NCBI GenBank assembly: GCA_963731815.1
Contig: CAVSWW010000011.1
Coordinates: 475,320 to 539,319 of the forward strand
Reading direction: 5' to 3'
DNA: 64,000 nucleotides
Source: an uncultured Acidimicrobiia bacterium
GTDB taxonomy: Bacteria; Actinomycetota; Acidimicrobiia; IMCC26256; PALSA-555
A program made the translations under genes and the position numbers. Every line of letters begins with the position of its first letter. Position 1 is the stretch's first letter. This document shows positions 31,775 to 42,402 of this stretch, piece by piece. A model generated the notes under the pieces. The model was not told where the DNA came from. It saw only the letters and a program-made list of their open reading frames with translations, and did not search any database.

Positions 31775-33239
31775 ATGAACCCGACCATCGACTTCCACGC
31801 GTTCGCGCCGGAGATCGTCCTCACCGTCGGGGCGGTCATCTGCCTGCTCGTCGACCTGTTCCTGCCGCAGCGGCCGGAGCTGGTGCCGCGGCTCGCGAGC
31901 ATCACCGTGCTCGCCGCGCTCATCCCGGTGCTGACGCTCGCCGCGGACGGTGCCGACCGATCGATGTTCGGCGGCGCGTTCGTCGTCGACAACTACACGC
32001 TCGTCTTCCAGGGGTTCTTCCTGGTCGTCGCGTACTTCACGCTCCTGATCTCCGTCGACTACATCGGGGAGGGCGACTACTACCGGGGTGAGTACTACGT
32101 CATGATGCTCGTCTCGGTGCTCGGCCTCCTCGTGATGGCGGGCGCTCGCGACCTCATCTCGATCTTCGTCGCCCTCGAGACGATCTCGGTCCCGACGTTC
32201 GTGCTCGCCGGCTGGCGCAAGCACGACACGAAGTCGAACGAAGCCGCGCTGAAGTACTTCCTCATCGGCGTGCTCTCGACGGCGATCATGCTGTACGGGA
32301 TGTCGTTCGTGTACGGGATGGCCAACTCGACCGTGCTGTCCGACATCTCGCACCTACGCGCAGACGAACACGCCGGCCCTGTTCGCCGCGGCGATCTTCC
32401 TCACGCTCGTCGGCTTCGCCTTCAAGGTCAGCGCGGTGCCGTTCCACTTCTGGGCGCCCGACACGTACGAGGGCTCGCCGACGCCCGTCACCGCCTTCCT
32501 GTCCGTCGCCTCGAAGGCCGGTGGCTTCGTCGCCATCCTCACGATCGTCCGTCTCGGCTTCTTCCCGTCCGGCGACTCGTGGGAGCCGATCATCTGGGTG
32601 CTGGCCGCGGTGTCGATGACGCTCGGCAACCTCGCCGCACTGCGTCAGACGAACGCCGTCCGCATGCTGGCGTACTCGGCGGTCGCCCAGACCGGCTTCA
32701 TGCTCGTCCCGATCGCCGTGGCCGGCGACGTCCCGGGCAACTCGGCGTGGGAGGCGGTCGTCATCTACCTCCTGATCTACGGAGCGATGACGCTGGGTGC
32801 CTTCGCCGCGGTGATCGCCGCGGCGCGGCGGACCGGCTCGGCGGAGATCTCGAGCTTCTCGGGGCTCGGCCGCACCGACCCGGTGCTCGCCGTCATGATG
32901 ACGATCTTCATGCTGTCGCTCGCCGGCGTCCCGCCGCTCGCGGGCTGGTTCGCGAAGTTCGTGATGTTCCGCGCCGTCTTCGACGCGGGCACGACGTCCG
33001 CGGTCGTGCTCGGCGTCATCGCCGCGGTGAACTCGGTGGTCGCGTTCTTCTACTACGTGATCATCCCGCGGCGGATGTGGTTCCACGACCCGGCACCCGG
33101 AGCGATCGACGCGAAGACGCAGCCCACGCCCATCGCGCTCAACGTCGCGATGCTGCTCACGACCGCGACCATGTTGATCATCGGGGTCTACCCGCAGTTC
33201 TTCGCCCGCCTCGGCGAGCTCGCGTTCACACCTGGGTAA
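31775..33239 (+). pseudogene. nuoN: Complex-I-like operon 2, subunit N, apparent +1 frameshift near nt 32350
   Basis: ORF 31775 is sensible to ..NSTVLSDIS. It continues as TYAQTNTPALFAAAIFLTLVGFAFKVSAVPFHFWAPDTYEGSPTP in the frame of ORF 32436..33239. Confidence 0.85.
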
Positions 33240-33271
33240 CGCGCGACGAACGTGACTCCGACGCCGAGCGC

Positions 33272-33309
33272 GCGGCCGCGGGTGGGGTATCCCCGCCCGC
33301 AGCAAGCGA
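33272..33309. repeat. 38-bp GC-rich palindromic repeat, copy A (hairpin core 33275-33303)
   Basis: gcggccgcgggtggggtatccccgcccgcagcaagcga matches 51960-51997 at 35 of 38 positions. The 13-nt arms flank a tat loop; this copy has 2 arm mismatches. It lies in the nuoN2-methyltransferase spacer. Confidence 0.8.
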
Positions 33310-33337
33310 GGCAATGGTGATGGGGGCTGACGGTCAC

Positions 33338-34507
33338 ATGCGCTTGCAGGAGCGGCTCGTCGAGCGCATCCGACGGTCGGGGCCGATCACGTTCGCCGAC
33401 CTCCAGGAGGCGGCGCTCTACGACCCCGACGACGGGTTCTTCGCGTCGGGCGGTGGCGCGGGCCGCGCCGGGCGCGACTTCGTCACCAGCCCCGAGACGG
33501 GCCAGCTCTTCGGTGCGCTGCTCGCGCGCCACGTCGACACCGTGTGGCACGACCTCGGCTCGCCCGATCCGTTCCTCGTCGTCGACGCCGGCGCCGGGCG
33601 CGGGAAGCTGGCCGCCGACATCCTCCGCGCCGCGCCCGCCTGCGCGCCGGCGCTGCGGTACGTGCTCGTCGAGCGCTCGCCGGCGCTGCGGGCGCTGCAG
33701 CGTGAGCTGCTCACGCTCGAGCCCGCCGACGAGGCGCTCGGCCCGTTCGCGAGCTCGGTCGACCCCGACGAGCCGAGCGAGCCCGTGACCGGGGCGGGCC
33801 CGATCGTCACCAGCATCGAGGAGCTCCCGGGCGTCACGTTCTCCGGGCTCGTCGTGGCCAACGAGCTGCTCGACAACCTGCCCGTCCGTCTCGTCGAGCG
33901 TGCGGCCGGTGGATGGCAGGAGGTGCTCGTGGCGGTCGGCGACGGCGACGAGCTCGTCGAGACGCTCGTGCCCGCGCCGACGCAGCTCGCGGCGGAGGCC
34001 GACGCCGTCGCCTCGGGCACGGAGGTGCCTGACGGCGCTCGACTCCCGGTACCGCTGGCGACCGTCGAGTGGCTCGACACCGTCGCGAGCGTCCTCCGAC
34101 GTGGCGCGGTGCTCATCGTCGACTACTGCGCGCCGGTCGCGGAGCTCGTCGCTCGTGGTCAGCAGGGATGGCTGCGGACGTACCGCGGACACGAACGGGG
34201 CGCTGACGCGTTCGCGCTACCGGGCTCGCAGGACATCACGACGGACGTGCCGCTCGAGCACCTCGCCCACGCCGCGCGCCGTGCCGGCTTTCAGATGGTG
34301 CGCGACGTCACGCAGGCCGAGCTCCTCACCGAGCTCGGCATCGAAGCGCTGGTCGAAGAAGGGCGCACGATCTGGCAGGAGCGCGCGCATCTGGGCGATC
34401 TCGAGGCCATCGCCGGACGCAGTCGTGGCGTCGAAGCCGCAGCGCTCACGGACCCTGCGGGTCTCGGTGGACATCGGGTCATCATCTTGGGCCGCGAACC
34501 CGACTAA
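33338..34507 (+). CDS. Class I SAM-dependent methyltransferase, MidA/NDUFAF7 (DUF185, Methyltransf_28) family
   Basis: Lies in the frame of ORF 31775..34507. ITFADLQEAALYDPDDGFF, RDFVTSPETGQLFG, LVVDAGAGRGKLAADIL, RYVLVERSPALRALQ and VVANELLDNLPV match the family layout. An alternative start is ATG 33314. Confidence 0.8.
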   Translation: MRLQERLVERIRRSGPITFADLQEAALYDPDDGFFASGGGAGRAGRDFVTSPETGQLFGALLARHVDTVWHDLGSPDPFLVVDAGAGRGKLAADILRAAPACAPALRYVLVERSPALRALQRELLTLEPADEALGPFASSVDPDEPSEPVTGAGPIVTSIEELPGVTFSGLVVANELLDNLPVRLVERAAGGWQEVLVAVGDGDELVETLVPAPTQLAAEADAVASGTEVPDGARLPVPLATVEWLDTVASVLRRGAVLIVDYCAPVAELVARGQQGWLRTYRGHERGADAFALPGSQDITTDVPLEHLAHAARRAGFQMVRDVTQAELLTELGIEALVEEGRTIWQERAHLGDLEAIAGRSRGVEAAALTDPAGLGGHRVIILGREPD

Positions 34508-34537
34508 CGTCCGCGCCGGTTTCCAGTGGGAGGGGAC

Positions 34538-35098
34538 ATGACACAAACTGACGCTTCTGCCATGCGCGAGGTCTCGAAGGCCTGGTGGGTCTTCCTCGTG
34601 ACGGGCATCTTGTGGTTCATCATCGCTCTCGTCGTGCTCCGCTTCGACGAGTCATCCATCACGACCATCGGTGTGCTGATGGGCGTGGTGTTCATCCTCG
34701 GCGGCCTCAACGAGCTCATGATGCTCGGCGCCGACTCGACCGGTTGGAAGATCTTCCACGGCATCCTCGGCGTGCTCTTCTTGCTCGCCGCGCTGTGGGC
34801 GTTCATCCAGCCGGAGGAGGCGTTCTGGGCCCTGGCCTCGGTGCTCGGGTTCCTGCTGCTGCTCATGGGGACGTTCGAGATCATCGTGGCGGTGTCGACG
34901 AAGGACATCAATCCGCTGTGGTGGCTCGGACTGATCGCCGGGATCCTGTTCCTGATCCTCGCGTTCTGGACGTCGCAGCAGCTCGTCACCGCGAAGGCGG
35001 AGCTCCTGATCTTCTACGTCGGGATCATGGCCATGTTCCGTGGCATCAGCCAGATCGTGTTCTCGTTCGGCGTGAAGAGCCTCGGACGCGACGCGTAG
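34538..35098 (+). CDS. HdeD/DUF308-family small membrane protein
   Basis: ATG-34538 preceded by GGGAGGGGA, in the frame of ORF 34526..35098. Six predicted helices with the repeated W/G-rich DUF308 pattern (WWVFLVTGILWFIIALVVL, GWKIFHGILGVLFLLAALWAF, LWWLGLIAGILFLILAFW). Confidence 0.65.
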   Translation: MTQTDASAMREVSKAWWVFLVTGILWFIIALVVLRFDESSITTIGVLMGVVFILGGLNELMMLGADSTGWKIFHGILGVLFLLAALWAFIQPEEAFWALASVLGFLLLLMGTFEIIVAVSTKDINPLWWLGLIAGILFLILAFWTSQQLVTAKAELLIFYVGIMAMFRGISQIVFSFGVKSLGRDA

Positions 35099-35175
35099 CA
35101 ACGAAGGTTCACAGGAAGCGCTCCCGCCGCACACCGGCGGGAGCGCTTTCGCGTCTTCGGTAGGGTGACCCGTCG

Positions 35176-37143
<1,968 letters not shown>

Positions 37144-37151
37144 CCGGCACC

Positions 37152-37637
37152 TTGCGGACACCCGAGCACTGGACCTGGCGCGACGGTCCGGTCGAACCCG
37201 GGCGTGCGGTCGTCGTCGACATCGACGGTGTCCTGTCGGATGCCGTGAGCCGTCAGCACTACCTCGAGGCGCCGAGTCGCAACTGGCGCGCGTTCTTCGA
37301 CGCGTGTGGAGACGACCCGGTCATCGAGGAGGTCAAGGTGCTGCTCGACCTCCTCGATCCTGTCCTGCGCGTGGTGCTGCTCACCGCACGGCCCGAGCGC
37401 GTCCACCACCTCACCGAAGCCTGGCTCGGCCACTACGCGATCCGTTGGGACCTGCTGATCATGCGACCGTGGGGCGAGTACGACATGGCCCGCGAGTTCA
37501 AGCAGTCGACCGTGTACGACCTGCGCCGTGCCGGCTTCGAGCTCGAGCTCGCGATCGAGGACGACCGCCGCAACGTCGAGATGTTCCGCCGTGAGGGCAT
37601 TCCCTGCCTCTACAAGCACTCCGGCTACTACGACTGA
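37152..37637 (+). CDS. HAD-superfamily phosphatase-like protein
   Basis: TTG start 8 nt after the acs stop. DxDxV motif VVVDIDGVLSD and LLTARPE (motif II-like). The family assignment is tentative. Confidence 0.5.
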   Translation: MRTPEHWTWRDGPVEPGRAVVVDIDGVLSDAVSRQHYLEAPSRNWRAFFDACGDDPVIEEVKVLLDLLDPVLRVVLLTARPERVHHLTEAWLGHYAIRWDLLIMRPWGEYDMAREFKQSTVYDLRRAGFELELAIEDDRRNVEMFRREGIPCLYKHSGYYD

Positions 37638-37658
37638 CGGCCTGAGGGCGCGGACGGG

Positions 37659-38496
37659 ATGCTCGAAGCGACGCTGCTCGCGCTCGGCTCGGCCGCGCTG
37701 CATGCCACGTGGAACCTGCTCGTCAAGACGAGCGACGAGCGCTTCCTCACCGCGTGGGGACAGTTCCTCGTCGGGCGGTGTGCTGCTGCTCCCGGTCCTC
37801 TTCTTCACGGGCCTGCCCGACAGCGACACGATCCCGTTCCTCGCTCGCGTCGAGCGTCGTGCACGTCGTCTACGTCGTGCGCGCTCGTGCGTGCCTATCA
37901 CCACGCCGACTTCTCGTTCGCGTATCCGCTGGCGCGAGGCGGCGGGGCGCTGCTCGCGGCGATCGGCGGCGTGGTCTTCCTGTCGGACGAGCTGAGCTCG
38001 TTGTCGTGGATCGCGATCGCGATCGTCTTCGTCGGGCTGGTCTCGCTCGTGCGCCCGAGCGTCGGGCTGGTCGCGATCGGCTGGGCGCTGCTCACCGCGC
38101 TCGACCATCGGCGTGTACACGACGCTCGACGCCGCGGGTGCCCGCCGCACCGACAGCGGCTTCGTGTACGGGATCGTGCTGGTGATCAGTGCGGCGATCG
38201 CGATCAGCGTGCTCGGCGTCATGCTCGGGCGGGGTCGGCAGCTCGTGCGCTACCTGCGGACCACGCAGCGGAGTCGGATCGTCGTCGGCGGCCTGGCGTC
38301 GGTGATCGCCTACTCGATGGTGCTGGCCGCGGTGCGCCTCGCACCCGTCGGCTACGTGGCCTCGCTGCGGGAGTCGTCGGTCGTGCTCGGCGCAGCCGCC
38401 GGGTGGCTGCTCCTCCACGAGCGCCTCGGCCGCGCCCGTGTCCTCTCTTCTGTGGTCGTCGCCGCGGGCCTGATCCTGCTGATCGCCTCGCGCTGA
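37659..38496 (+). pseudogene. EamA/DMT-family transporter broken by four successive +1 frameshifts
   Basis: The sensible pieces step through frames 0,1,2,0,1. They are MLEATLLALGSAALHATWNLLVK..QFLVG (ORF 37659), GGVLLLPVLFFTGLPDSDTIPFLA (ORF 37528 frame) and LASSVVHVVYVV (ORF 37709 frame). Next come ALVRAYHHADFSFAYPLARGGGALLAAIGG..WALLTAL (ORF 37659 frame) and YTTLDAAGAR..LLIASR (ORF 38113..38496). Confidence 0.7.
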
Positions 38497-38506
38497 GGCC
38501 GGAGAG

Positions 38507-38995
38507 TCAGTCGCGGAAGTTGACGAACTGGAGCGGGATCCCGAAGTCGTGCTCGCGCATGGCCTGGATCGCGTCCTGCAGGTCGTCGCGCTTCTTGCCG
38601 CTGACCCGGAGCTGATCGCCCTGGATCTGGTGCGAGAGCCCCTTCTTGCCGAGCTCCTTGATGAACTTCCCGATCGCCTTGCCCTTGTCCTGGCTGATCC
38701 CGACGGTGATCGTGACCGTCTGGCGCACCGTGCCCTTGGCGGCGTCCTCGACCTTCCCGAAGTCGAGCGACTTCAGCGACACCTTGCGCTTCACGAGCTT
38801 CTCCTCGAGCACCTGCGTCAGCGCGGTGAGTCGTTGCTCGCTCTCGGTGTGCAGCTCGATCGTCTTCTCGCCGAGCTCGATGCTCGAGTCGGTTCCCTTG
38901 AAGTCGTAGCGGGTCGCGATCTCGCGGCTCGCCTGGTCGACCGCGTTGCGCAGCTCCTGCATGTCGACCTCGGACACGACGTCGAACGTGGGCAC
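38507..38995 (-). CDS. yajQ: YajQ-family (UPF0234) nucleotide-binding protein
   Basis: GTG start at 38995 with upstream GGAGGT. VPTFDVVSEVDMQELRNAVDQASREIATRYDFKG..HQIQGDQLRVSGKKRDDLQ. The longer ORF 38507..39334 runs through tRNA-Tyr and was rejected. Confidence 0.85.
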   Translation of the reverse strand: MPTFDVVSEVDMQELRNAVDQASREIATRYDFKGTDSSIELGEKTIELHTESEQRLTALTQVLEEKLVKRKVSLKSLDFGKVEDAAKGTVRQTVTITVGISQDKGKAIGKFIKELGKKGLSHQIQGDQLRVSGKKRDDLQDAIQAMREHDFGIPLQFVNFRD

Positions 38996-39073
38996 GGTGA
39001 CCTCCGCGTGCGGTGAGCGCAGATGAACGGACGATGAAGAGAAAAACTCGGCTGCTACTGTACGCAGTTCCCA

Positions 39074-39157
39074 GGGTCGGTTCCCGAGTGGCCAAAGGGG
39101 GCAGGCTGTAAACCTGCTGCGAGAGCTTCGCTGGTTCGAATCCAGCCCGGCCCACCA
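39074..39157 (+). tRNA. tRNA-Tyr (GTA), long variable arm, CCA encoded
   Basis: Acceptor GGGTCGG/CCGGCCC (one G-U pair), D arm CCC-GAGTGGCCAAA-GGG, anticodon arm GCAGG-CTGTAAA-CCTGC, T arm GCTGG-TTCGAAT-CCAGC, then A-CCA. Confidence 0.85.
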
Positions 39158-39224
39158 CTCTTCGGGTTCGTCGGTCGTCCGGATCGCCGATCCGCATCGC
39201 TCTCGGGTTTCGCACCCCATTCCG

Positions 39225-39881
39225 ATGGTCGATACTGGAGCGGTGACCCGGCGGACGAGCCACCCCCTCGTTCTGTTGCTGGGCGCGCTCGCGATCGCGG
39301 TGCTCGCAGCCGCGTGCTCGGGCACGGGGTACACGTACGTGAAGAACTCCGACGATCAGACGTACTTCAAGGTGCCCGACAAGTGGAAGCTCTACGAGGA
39401 AGAGGAGCTCTCGAAGAGCCTCGGCCTCTCGCCGCGCGAGCTCGAGCAGTACCGCGAGGGCACGTGGCAGGTCGGCTTCGACGCGAGCCCCCGTCCGTCG
39501 CTGAAGCACCTCCTCGACCCGAAGTCGAAGCATCCCACCGGCATCGCGAGCGTCGAAGAGCTCGACTTCGACGCGACGGACACCGCGTCCATCGCCGGCT
39601 TGCGCAACCAGTTCCTCGACCTCGACAGCGCCGTGCAGGCGGGCGACGCGGAGATCGTCGACTACGAGATGCTCGAGCCCGAGGGCGGCTTCCACGGGTT
39701 CCATCTGGTGGTCGATCTCGTCGTCGACGGTGGACGGACGATCACGTTCGACCAGACCTCCTTGCTCGACCAGGCGTCGAGCAAGGTGTTCAACCTGATC
39801 GTCACGTGCGGCGCCCAGTGCTACGCCGACAACGCCGATCAGATCGACCGTGTCGTCGGCTCGTGGACGGTGGAAGAGTGA
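39225..39881 (+). CDS. Putative lipoprotein, unknown function
   Basis: Signal peptide with lipobox LLLGALAIAVLAAAC-SG. No domain I recognise. It lies 7 nt upstream of the FtsH-like gene. Confidence 0.55.
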   Translation: MVDTGAVTRRTSHPLVLLLGALAIAVLAAACSGTGYTYVKNSDDQTYFKVPDKWKLYEEEELSKSLGLSPRELEQYREGTWQVGFDASPRPSLKHLLDPKSKHPTGIASVEELDFDATDTASIAGLRNQFLDLDSAVQAGDAEIVDYEMLEPEGGFHGFHLVVDLVVDGGRTITFDQTSLLDQASSKVFNLIVTCGAQCYADNADQIDRVVGSWTVEE

Positions 39882-39888
39882 GGGCCTC

Positions 39889-42371
39889 GTGACCTACACA
39901 CCGCCCCAACCGCACGAGGAGTTCGTGACCAGTCGGCCCCGGCTCGACGAGATGCCGACGCGCCGGCCGTCGAGCATCTGGGACCGCTTCAAGGTCCTGC
40001 TCCTGCTCGTCGCACTCCTCGGGTTCTTCGTCGCCACCGAGATCGCCGACAACCCGATCCTCCCGGTGTCCGAGGCGATCAACGAGACGCTGCGGTCGAA
40101 GTCGTGGCTGCTCGTCCTCATCGGCCTCGAGCTGCTGCGCCAGATCCACTACCTCATCAGCGAGCACTCCGCGGCCTATCACCAGTTCTGGACGAAGAAG
40201 GTCTTCGGGGGTTGGAACCGCTACATGTCGCGGTTCAACCCCTGGAACCGCTACCGCTTCGCGCGAGCGACGAAGTGGGTCGTCGCGATCGTCGTGGGGG
40301 CGATCGTCCTCGGCCGCCTGCTCGACACGTCACCGTGGACGGCGTACGTCGATGCGTTGAGCCGGGCGATCGACGCGGCGCCGGTGATCGCGCAGGCGGC
40401 GATCTTCCTGCTGTTCTGGATCGGCTTCCAGTTCTTCCTGATGTTCTATTTCATGACGCGCGGCGGGGTGGAGACGTTCTTCCCCGACGACATCACGACG
40501 CGCTTCTCCGACGTGTGGGGTCAGGACCAGGTCAAGCACAAGGTCCGCGAGAACCTGATGTTCCTCGACAACCCCGAGGTCATCGAGCAGCGCGGCGGCT
40601 ACGTGCCCGGCGGCATCCTGCTCTGGGGTCCACCCGGCACCGGCAAGACGCTCATGGCCGAGGCCATGGCCGGCGAGACCGGCATGCCGTTCGTCAACGT
40701 CGACGCGTCGATGCTCAACGTCGGCATCGGTCCGCTGAAGGTGATCCTCCTCTTCCGCAAGCTGCGGAAGTACGCGCTCAAGTACGGCGGCGTCGTCACG
40801 TTCTTCGACGAGGCCGACTCGCTCGGGAACCGCGGGATGCTCGCCGGGACACCCGGCCAGGGCATGCCCGTGAAGACGCCGTCACCGTTCAGCAACGCCC
40901 GATCGTGTGGCGGGCTCGGCTACCTGTCCGACGAAGCCCGCGCGTCGCTCCTCTACTCACCGGAAGCCGACATCGAAGAGGGGACCCGCCGCAACCGGTT
41001 CCTGATGGGGATGGGCGGGATGGGCGGCGGTGGCGGCGGCATCCTCCAGGTCCTGCTCGCGCAGATGTCCGGCCTGAAGAAGCCGCGCGGCTTCTTCAAC
41101 CGCCACGGTCGGCGGGCACTCGGGATCAAGCCGAAGCCGCCTCCCAAGTACCGCATGCTCATCGTGATGGCGACGAACCTCCCCGAGAAGCTCGACGCCG
41201 CGCTGCTCCGGCCCGGTCGCATCGACCGGATCTACAAGGTCGGCTACCCGTCGAAGGCCGGACGGATCCGTACGTACGAGGGCTACCTCGCGAAGATCAA
41301 CCACCAGCTGACGCCCGACGAGGTCGATCGGCTCGCGACGGTCACGCCGTACGCGACCGGCGCGACGATCAAGGACCTCGTCAACGAGGCCTTGATCTCC
41401 GCGATCCGCGACAACCGTCAAGCGGTCACCTGGGGCGACATCGTCAAGGCGAAGCAGCTCAAGGACCTCGGCCCGCCCGAGGACGTCGAGTACATCGAGC
41501 GCGAGCGCCACGCGACTGCGCTGCACGAGGCGTGTCACACGGTGGTCGCGTACCGCGTCCGTCACCACCTCGTCATCGACATCGCGACGATCGAGAAGGG
41601 CGGCAACTACCTCGGCATGGTCAGCTCGATCCCGCCCGAGGACCTCTTCACCCGCTGGCGCTCCGACTACGAGTCCGACGTGATGGTGAGCCTCGCCTCG
41701 CTCGCCGGCGAGAAGATGTTCTTCGGCGGCGACTCGTCGTCCGGTGTCTCCGGCGACCTCGAGAGCGCGACCCAGCTCGCGACCTTCATGGAGGGCTACT
41801 GGGGCATGGGTCAGACCATCTCGTCGCACGGCGTGACGCACCGAGTCGGCGTCGGCGGCGGTGGACGACCCGGCAAGCCCGAGGAGGAGAAGGAGCGCGA
41901 CCTGCTCAAGGCCGGCCTCGGCAGCCGCATCGAGGAGAAGCTCCAGGCGCTCTTCGTGCGCACCGAGCAGCTGGTCACCGAGAACCGCGTCCAGGTGCTG
42001 GCGGTGACGCACACGCTCGAGACGCACAAGACCCTCACCGGTGAGGACATCGAGGCCGTGATCGAGGGCGAGCAGGGGCCGCTCGTCGACGGTCGCGTCT
42101 ACGCGAACAGCCGAGTTCGCGGCCGTCGCCGAGACGTACCACGCCGCGGTCGTGACCGCGCACGAGGGCCACGGCAAGGTGGGGGTGCCGCTGCCGCAGC
42201 TCAACGGCCAGCGCGCGCGAGGTCGGCGAGCTGAAGCCAGTGGTCCGCGAGGGCATCGTCGTCGACGACGACACGTCGGCGAAGCCCGCCAAGAACGGCG
42301 GGGCGAAGAAGAACGGAAGGCGAAGAAGAACGGCGCCAAGAGGCGCCAAGAAGCGGAACAGCGAGGGCTGA
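39889..42371 (+). CDS. Divergent FtsH-like protein (multi-pass N-terminus + AAA+ ATPase with insertions + M41-type HExxH peptidase); C-terminal tail displaced by two +1 shifts (near 42108 and 42210)
   Basis: GTG-39889 is in the frame of ORF 39850..42234. Walker A GPPGTGKT, Walker B VTFFDEADS, SRH ATNLPEKLDAALLRPGRIDR, peptidase motifs TALHEACHTVV and SGDLESATQLA. A Gly-rich insert (GMGGMGGGGGG) follows Walker B. The tail reads EFAAVAETYHAAVVTAHEGHGKVGVP.. then ..EVGELKPVVREGIVVDDDTSAKPAKNGGAKK.. in the next two frames, ending at TGA 42369-42371. Confidence 0.75.
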
Positions 42372-42402
42372 CGGGGTCGATCGTGCCGCCCGAACGCTCG
42401 GG

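Noticed and set aside
31775-34507. 910-aa ORF that appears to fuse NuoN2 with the DUF185 methyltransferase
   Set aside because: After about nt 32350 this frame is nonsense until the methyltransferase ATG (33314 or 33338). The true NuoN2 C-terminus is in ORF 32436..33239, which has its own stop.
38996-39334. Upper part of the - strand ORF 38507..39334, extending yajQ across tRNA-Tyr
   Set aside because: The YajQ homology starts at VPTFDVVSEVD (GTG at 38995, with a GGAGGT RBS). The extension overlaps a well-folded + strand tRNA-Tyr.
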